Positions 59,701 through 64,000 of a stretch of DNA of 64,000 nt are shown piece after piece. The notes under the pieces were generated by a model that saw nothing but the letters and a program-made list of their open reading frames with translations, searched no databases and was not told the DNA's origin. The position numbers were made by a program, and so were the translations under genes. The stretch's first letter is position 1. Each line of letters begins with the position of its first letter. The stretch lies in the NCBI RefSeq assembly GCF_016433145.1, contig NC_058132.1, positions 648,301,885 through 648,365,884 on the forward strand. The letters run 5' to 3'. The stretch is from Gracilinanus agilis (lineage: Eukaryota).

Positions 59701-62700
59701 AGCGTGTGTAACACCACAAGAGGAAACGAGCACTTTCCAGGCCCGGCTCGCCATCGGCTGGCCCACGAAGCCCGAGAACCGGAGCCGGAGGCTCACTGAC
59801 CTTGTCCACTCCTGCCCACATTCGCGTTTGACTCTTTCTGCTGGCGCTGGCGCTCAGCCAGGTTGGTCAGGCTGATGCAGATGGGGGTGAGGGCTTCGAT
59901 GTATTCTGTCTCCATGATGTAACCCAGGAGTTTCAGCCAAAATTCCTGCAGAAGAGGAGGAAAGAGAGAGGCTGGGATTAGCCCAGTGCCTTGACCTGAA
60001 AACCCTGTCTATGTGGACCAGCAGGGAAAAGGAGAGAATCCTGGAGTCACAGAGCACAAAGCGGAGGGCCAGAAAGAACAGAACTCAAATCTTTTTATTC
60101 TGGGGTTGTTTGAAAGCCAAGAGAAGCAAAGCCATCAAAAGAGAACCCCTGGAGACCCTCATGAGTTCAGGCTCTCCGCCTGGATGGGTGGCATTCTGGG
60201 GCCTGCAGACTAGCAGAAGGGACTGCTTAGCCAGTGGAGAACAGGAGGGGGCACTCCATGACTGGAGAAGGACCGGTGCGGTCCTCAATTCCAAAAAAGA
60301 AAAGAGATGAAAGCTGCAGGCCAGCTCTGAGCTTAACTTCAATTCCTGGCAACATTCTAGAATGGTTTGTACAAAAGGTGCTACTGGCCAGTCAGGAAAG
60401 GAAACCGTGAGCACAAAGAGCAGGGAGGACGGGTCAGACCAAGCTCATTTCATCCCTTTTCTAGCCAGCGTCCCTGACCTGGAAGTCAAGGGAAGTTGGC
60501 AAAGACTAGATAAAGTACCTCAGAATATTCTTCTGAAAGAGGAGAGTTGTGGGCCAGATGACCACATGGCTGTGAAACTGCACGCATGGGAGGCATGGCA
60601 TTTCATGCCTTCTCAATGGCTGAGGAAGGGAGCGAAGGGAAGGAGAGAATTTGGGGCTGAAAAGAAAAGACTTGTCGTGACTTGGTCCATTGGGAAGGTC
60701 TCAGGAGGAAGATCTCAGAGATCTGGGCCCGACTCCACACTGTTGAACATTTTTATGATGACTAGAAGAAAGGCGTAGGCAACACCCTTATTCTTTTTAA
60801 TTTGAAATGTTTATTTATTTAATTAATTTAGAGTATTTTTCCATGGTTCCATGATTCATGTTCTTTCCCTCCCCTCCTCCCATCTTCCTCCCATAGACAA
60901 TGCGCAATTCCACTGGGTTTTACATGTGTCATTGATCAAGACCTATTTCCATATTATCAATATTTGCATTAGGGTGATCACTTAGAGTCAATATCCCTAT
61001 TCATATCCTCATCGAACCATGTGTTCAAGCAGTTGGTTTTCTTCTATGTTTCTACTCCCACAGTTCTTTCTCTGGATGTGGAGAGCTTCCTTCTCATAAG
61101 TCCCTCAGAATCATCCTAGGTCACTGCATTGCTGCTAGTAGCAAAGTCAGTTACATTCGATTGTGCTACAATGTATCCGTCTCTGTGTACAATGTTCTCC
61201 TGGTTCTGCTCCTTTCACTCTGCATCACTTCCTGGAGATCTTTCCAGTTCACATGGAATTCCTCCAGTTCATTATTCCTTTGAGCACAATAGTATTCCAT
61301 CACCAACAGATACTACAACTTGTTCAACCATTCCCCAATCAAAGGACACTCCTTCATTTTCCAATTTTTTTGCCACCACAAAGAGGCTATAAATATTTTT
61401 GTACAAATCCTTTTCCTTATTATCTCTTTGGAGTTTAAACCAAGCAGTAATATGGCTGGATCAAAAGGCAGGCAGTCTTTTAAAGCCCTTTGTGCATAGT
61501 TCTGAATTGAGGAGGCACCCTTATTAAATGTGCAAATGACTACAAATTAGGAAGAATAACATGTAAGATGACCATCAGGACCCAAAATGATCTTGACAGG
61601 CTGGGTGAAATATTGGGTGAAATATAAAATAATCTTTAATGATAATGCAATTTGCACTTGACAGAGAGTTAAGTCTGCAGTGAGGAAGGCATAACTAGGT
61701 ATCAGTTGGTCTGAAGGAAATCTGGGGGCTTTAGTAGACCACGAGCTCCATGTGAATGAACAATGTGATGTGGCCATGAACGACACTAGGCAGAGGGGAA
61801 TGTCTAGTACTAAGGAAGCAACAGTCCCACTTAGTGCTGCCTTGGTCAGAATATATCTGGAGGTCTGTGCTTGGTTCTGGGTGCCACAAGCTGGAGGACC
61901 TGTTGAGGAGGGAGACCCAGATTGGTGAAGGACCTCCAGTGCAGACCTTCAGGGAAGGGCTGAAGGGACGGGGGGGGGGGGTACCCTGAAGAAGAGGAGG
62001 CTGGGGGAGATGGAGGAGGACAAGATTTAACAGTCTGTCTCCAAGTGCTGTAGTTTTGCAGAAGAAGGATTGGACTCCAGTGGGCTAGACCAAGGGCCTT
62101 CTGAGCTCTCTTCCATCTCTTCCACAGTTCCATGAAAGCACATCTTTCATGACTAGGCCCTCCCCCAACTGCTCCCCTCTGCCATCACCAGGGCCATGCC
62201 TTCAGAATCCTCAGCTAATTCCTGCATTCAAGACTTTATGCCCATTCCTCTCCAGGCTATGTTCTTGACTGTTCCTTGGTTTTCTTTGCCAAACTGGCCA
62301 CAGAAACATCTTCACCCTAGAAGTTCATCCACCCCTGGTCTTTTCACAGGGTGCCCTCTGACCCTGCCTGGCTAGTCCCAAAAACCTCCATACAAAGGAG
62401 GAGGTCCAGGTCAGTCATGTCTCCAGGCTGCCCACCTGGTGCCAACTTTCTCTACCCCTGCCCCTACAGGAAAGAGCGGTCTTCCTTCAAGTTGTATTTG
62501 TGTCCCCAGCACTTGGCACAGTGCCTGGCACAGAGTAAGAGCTTGTTGACTTGACTTGGCATAGAATGGCTTTTTCTCCATTCCCTCCACCTACTCCAAT
62601 CATACAATCACAGGAGAAACTACTGCAGGAATCAATTCCATGGCCAGTCATTTCCCAAGAACCTTCCTGGGACTTTGTCTTACTCTGTTTCCTCAAGTAA

Positions 62701-63377
62701 CGTGGCCACATCAGCTTAGAGCTCTCCAGAGGAAGATCAGGCTGCCTTGGGCACCAGCCTCAGCCCATTCTGAGCTTTAGGATGTCCAACTGTGCCACAT
62801 ATTTAGGACTATGCCAGTGTGACAGCCACCCTCAGAAGTCTGGATGCCAAGGCTGGGCAGGTCCTCTTGAGGGATGAGCTAGACAGAATTCCTGTTCAGA
62901 TCATCCTTCATTGTAGCCCAAGGTCCATCGCCACTCTGAGAGTCTGTGAATCCATGGCATGGCAGTGTGGGCCACACCACCCTGTCCTTGCTTCTGATAG
63001 CCTACAATCTGTCCCTTCTAATATTTGTTCCCACTTAACATGGAACCTGACTGTGGCCTCAGGGTCCCAATGGCAAGGCTTCCCATTGGGGTGGTACAGC
63101 CAAGGTCAAGGAGCTCTACTCCCCTCCCATCTGCTTGTCCTCCACTGAAACCAGCACAATCTGGGGCACACTGGAGCTGTTTAATAAGTGTTCACTGACT
63201 GATAACCTCAAGAAGGCTCCCCACCTTGTCCTACCCGGTTGGAGGAACCCTAGAGAGCTCACTTACATTGATCACCCCACTAACGGAGGCTGTGATGATC
63301 CTCACAGTGTCCATGGTGACCTTATGAACCATCTTCTCTTCCAGATCAGCCTGAGAACAGCTCTCCTGACGATTCAT
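9547..63377 (-). CDS. MROH2A: Maestro HEAT-like repeat family member 2A(-like); 29 coding exons in the window, 5' part outside
   Basis: Exon peptides are colinear with recalled human MROH2A from about [24 protein letters not shown] to LQELQLDPDPGVRRAALETL. All 29 exons have GT-AG ends and consistent phases, totalling 3588 nt with no internal stop. Orthology versus paralogy was not tested. Confidence 0.92.
10154..10340. repeat. Degenerate minisatellite, about 47-50 bp period, 4 copies
   Basis: Core ttctgga(g)tgtcta(c/t)accagagct recurs at 10154, 10201, 10251 and 10300. Confidence 0.85.
10663..11120. mobile_element. Non-autonomous hAT (Charlie-type) DNA transposon, 458 bp
   Basis: TIRs cagtgatggcaaacct and (reverse complement) cagtgatggtgaacct. 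The 8-bp TSD ccctagag/ccctagac matches at 7 of 8 positions and has a central TA. Confidence 0.88.
11262..11327 (-). CDS. MROH2A: MROH2A exon (window exon 28)
   Basis: (G)[21 protein letters not shown]; ctgtag|, |gtaagt. Confidence 0.85.
12320..13390 (+). mobile_element. 5'-truncated L1 (ORF2 C-terminus plus 3' UTR)
   Basis: ORF2 C-terminal-like peptide ([10 protein letters not shown]...[17 protein letters not shown]), A-rich tail and flanking gaaatggga duplication. Confidence 0.9.
13437..13539 (-). CDS. MROH2A: MROH2A exon (window exon 27)
   Basis: [34 protein letters not shown]. Confidence 0.88.
14693..14735. repeat. (CA)n microsatellite
   Basis: Read directly. Other simple repeats: (CAT)n ~11393-11412, (AGG)n ~16075-16103, (GAT/GAC)n 39133-39163, (GGGA)n ~47158-47188 and (TG)n ~55584-55621. 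Confidence 0.95.
15129..15767 (+). pseudogene. Retroviral aspartic protease ORF with the catalytic Asp replaced by His
   Basis: [26 protein letters not shown]...[10 protein letters not shown] matches the retropepsin DTGA and LLGRD motifs. Confidence 0.85.
15868..16071 (+). pseudogene. Retroviral reverse transcriptase N-terminal fragment
   Basis: [31 protein letters not shown]...[24 protein letters not shown], truncated just before the DLR motif. Confidence 0.85.
17601..18418 (+). mobile_element. 3' LTR (818 bp) of the deleted ERV
   Basis: Starts TGTTGTGA immediately after the PPT and ends TTAACA at the TSD; ATTAAA near 18192. Confidence 0.8.
19026..19154 (-). CDS. MROH2A: MROH2A exon (window exon 26)
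   Basis: [43 protein letters not shown] (the FWGWK motif is conserved). Confidence 0.9.
20008..20160 (-). CDS. MROH2A: MROH2A exon (window exon 25)
   Basis: [51 protein letters not shown]. Confidence 0.93.
21927..22109 (-). CDS. MROH2A: MROH2A exon (window exon 24)
   Basis: [61 protein letters not shown]. Confidence 0.93.
22193..22339 (-). CDS. MROH2A: MROH2A exon (window exon 23)
   Basis: [49 protein letters not shown]. Confidence 0.93.
22996..23110 (-). CDS. MROH2A: MROH2A exon (window exon 22)
   Basis: (R)[38 protein letters not shown]. Confidence 0.9.
23604..23741 (-). CDS. MROH2A: MROH2A exon (window exon 21)
   Basis: (R)[45 protein letters not shown]. Confidence 0.92.
24922..24966. 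repeat. 9-bp tandem repeat, (CCAAGAGCG)-like x5
   Basis: Read directly from the sequence. Confidence 0.9.
25059..25252 (-). CDS. MROH2A: MROH2A exon (window exon 20)
   Basis: [64 protein letters not shown]. Confidence 0.9.
25442..25601 (-). CDS. MROH2A: MROH2A exon (window exon 19)
   Basis: (S)[53 protein letters not shown]. Confidence 0.93.
27766..27920 (-). CDS. MROH2A: MROH2A exon (window exon 18)
   Basis: [51 protein letters not shown]. Confidence 0.93.
28007..28159 (-). CDS. MROH2A: MROH2A exon (window exon 17)
   Basis: [51 protein letters not shown]. Confidence 0.93.
29757..29872 (-). CDS. MROH2A: MROH2A exon (window exon 16)
   Basis: (A)[38 protein letters not shown]. Confidence 0.9.
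30400..31350 (+). mobile_element. Older L1 3' fragment
   Basis: Degenerate ORF2 C-terminus (PLLGLYPEE...STGEWLSKL). Confidence 0.75.
31365..31548 (+). mobile_element. SINE1_Mdo-type SINE (tail runs into a gap)
   Basis: ggggcagctgggtaactcagtggatt... Confidence 0.88.
31924..32047 (-). CDS. MROH2A: MROH2A exon (window exon 15)
   Basis: [41 protein letters not shown]. Confidence 0.92.
32335..32720 (+). mobile_element. Truncated related hAT element (left TIR only)
   Basis: Begins cagtgatggtgaaccttttagag, like the 10663 element. No right TIR was seen and the end is approximate. Confidence 0.55.
33028..33245 (+). mobile_element. SINE1_Mdo-type SINE with a (TTTTTG)n tail
   Basis: Head, body and ggaaggtaagggc tail. 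Confidence 0.85.
33905..34009 (-). CDS. MROH2A: MROH2A exon (window exon 14)
   Basis: [35 protein letters not shown]. Confidence 0.92.
34439..34534 (-). CDS. MROH2A: MROH2A exon (window exon 13)
   Basis: [32 protein letters not shown] (read by hand, not in the ORF track). Confidence 0.92.
35479..35587 (-). CDS. MROH2A: MROH2A exon (window exon 12)
   Basis: (S)[36 protein letters not shown]. Confidence 0.92.
37060..37290 (+). mobile_element. MAR1-type CORE SINE with an RTE/BovB-like tail
   Basis: CORE domain followed by gagaaggaaatggcaaaccact...gccaagaaaacccca. Many other MIR/CORE SINE and L2 tail fragments across the window are not listed individually. Confidence 0.75.
39037..39116 (-). 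CDS. MROH2A: MROH2A exon (window exon 11)
   Basis: [26 protein letters not shown]. Confidence 0.9.
40549..40668 (-). CDS. MROH2A: MROH2A exon (window exon 10)
   Basis: [40 protein letters not shown]. Confidence 0.9.
40921..41073 (-). CDS. MROH2A: MROH2A exon (window exon 9)
   Basis: [51 protein letters not shown]. Confidence 0.93.
42465..42587 (-). CDS. MROH2A: MROH2A exon (window exon 8)
   Basis: [41 protein letters not shown]. Confidence 0.93.
43355..43474 (-). CDS. MROH2A: MROH2A exon (window exon 7)
   Basis: [40 protein letters not shown]. Confidence 0.93.
44211..44318 (-). CDS. MROH2A: MROH2A exon (window exon 6)
   Basis: [36 protein letters not shown]. Confidence 0.93.
44982..45034 (-). 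CDS. MROH2A: MROH2A exon (window exon 5)
   Basis: (E)[17 protein letters not shown]. Confidence 0.92.
45745..45925 (-). mobile_element. SINE1_Mdo-type SINE (older)
   Basis: Reverse copy ending cagctgccccc. Confidence 0.88.
46078..46219 (-). CDS. MROH2A: MROH2A exon (window exon 4)
   Basis: [47 protein letters not shown]; |gtaagg. Confidence 0.93.
46501..46541 (-). CDS. MROH2A: MROH2A exon (window exon 3)
   Basis: (V)[13 protein letters not shown]; ttgcag|, |gtgagt. Confidence 0.92.
47423..47612 (+). mobile_element. Young SINE1_Mdo-type SINE
   Basis: tRNA-derived head, CORE-like body, poly(A) tail and a 15-bp TSD agaagtagggttgga. Confidence 0.92.
47745..47940 (-). mobile_element. SINE1_Mdo-type SINE
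   Basis: Full-length reverse copy. Confidence 0.9.
48480..49440. mobile_element. Old L2-like LINE fragment
   Basis: Pyrimidine-rich degenerate L2-type sequence, recognised by eye only. Confidence 0.5.
52465..52667 (-). mobile_element. SINE1_Mdo-type SINE within an L1
   Basis: Reverse copy with a flanking ctaggatttt duplication. Confidence 0.85.
52971..53772. mobile_element. Solo LTR (802 bp) inserted in an L1
   Basis: TGTTATA...TATAACA termini and a 4-bp TSD GGGT; L1 sequence resumes on both sides. Confidence 0.85.
54790..55491 (+). mobile_element. Solo LTR A inserted in an L1 3' region
   Basis: TG...CA ends and TATAAAA at 54966-54972. The TSD is not clearly preserved. Confidence 0.7.
55495..56422 (-). 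mobile_element. Solo LTR B (928 bp) abutting LTR A
   Basis: TGTAAT...ATTACA ends and TSD ATAT. The minus strand has TATAAAA (56302-56296) and AATAAA (55896-55891). Confidence 0.82.
57128..57319 (-). mobile_element. Young SINE1_Mdo-type SINE
   Basis: About 4 mismatches to the 47423 copy over ~180 bp; TSD agaatgatttt. Confidence 0.92.
57650..57822 (+). mobile_element. 5'-truncated SINE1_Mdo-type SINE
   Basis: Body and A tail. Confidence 0.8.
59801..59945 (-). CDS. MROH2A: MROH2A exon (window exon 2)
   Basis: [48 protein letters not shown]; ctgcag|, |gtcagt. Confidence 0.93.
60790..61510 (-). mobile_element. L1 3' end inserted in an L3/CR1 fragment
   Basis: L1 3' UTR on the minus strand, flanked by a cacccttatt duplication; CR1/L3-like sequence at about 60560-60790 and 61510-62110. 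Confidence 0.75.
63267..63377 (-). CDS. MROH2A: MROH2A exon (window exon 1)
   Basis: [37 protein letters not shown]; ttccag| acceptor, |gtaagt donor. Confidence 0.93.
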
Positions 63378-64000
63378 CTGGAAGAAAACACAGCAGCATG
63401 GAGGGAGAGGTGGCCATTGAGCATCCAGCAAGCCAATACAGCAGCATAGGTTCACAGGGTCAAGTGACTTGTCCAGGGTCACACAGCCAATATGTGTCAG
63501 AAGAATTTGAACACAGATAGTTCTATCTCCACTCCCAGAATCTTACCGTTAAACCAAACACTCACTGATAAAGGGATAGTAGTCTCACAGAGACACGATC
63601 TCTTCATGGACCAATGAAGAAAATTAACATGACATGGGTCAGAGAGTACATTAAACCATGCACAGCCACTTCATTGTGTTAATACAAAGACAAATTCCAC
63701 ACCAAACCAGTGAGGGATGCTTTCAAGACTTCAGGTAGAAGTTGGTCAATAATGATAGAGATAGGNNNNNNNNNNNNNNNNNNNNNNNNNNNNNNNNNNN
63801 NNNNNNNNNNNNNNNNNNNNNNNNNNNNNNNNNNNNNNNNNNNNNNNNNNNNNNNNNNNNNNNNNNNNNNNNNNNNNNNNNNNNNNNNNNNNNNNNNNNN
63901 NNNNNNNNNNNNNNNNNNNNNNNNNNNNNNNNNNNNNNNNNNNNNNNNNNNNTCTCAGGATGAGCACTCAGTTCACAAAGGCTAGTTTGTTACCTTTTGT

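Noticed and set aside
27085-63952. Long ORFs containing X runs
   Set aside because: Artefacts of assembly N-gaps. No gap interrupts the in-frame MROH2A exon chain.

Overview
Marsupial genomic DNA, most likely a didelphid opossum judging by the SINE1_Mdo-type SINEs and Mdo-type L1 3' ends. The assembly is a draft with about 14 N-gaps, mostly at microsatellites. Two genes lie in tandem on the minus strand. (1) An MROH2A(-like) HEAT-repeat gene: I chained 29 coding exons by hand from 63377 down to the stop at 9547-9549. All have GT-AG boundaries and consistent phases, giving 3588 nt (1195 aa plus stop); the 5' exons lie beyond the right edge. (2) RTP1 coding exon 1 (3068-3342), with the branch point and polypyrimidine tract for exon 2 at the left edge. 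The rest is intronic or intergenic and rich in transposons: a TSD-flanked deleted class I ERV with a protease ORF, three solo LTRs nested in L1s, hAT MITEs, L1/L2/L3 fragments and many SINEs. I found no prokaryote-type system. The most notable points are the MROH2A-RTP1 adjacency without HJURP, the unusual ERV structure, a SINE-flanked symmetric exon pair (circRNA candidate) and a sense-oriented LTR that could act as an alternative promoter. Gene identities rest on recalled human protein sequences, not a database search.
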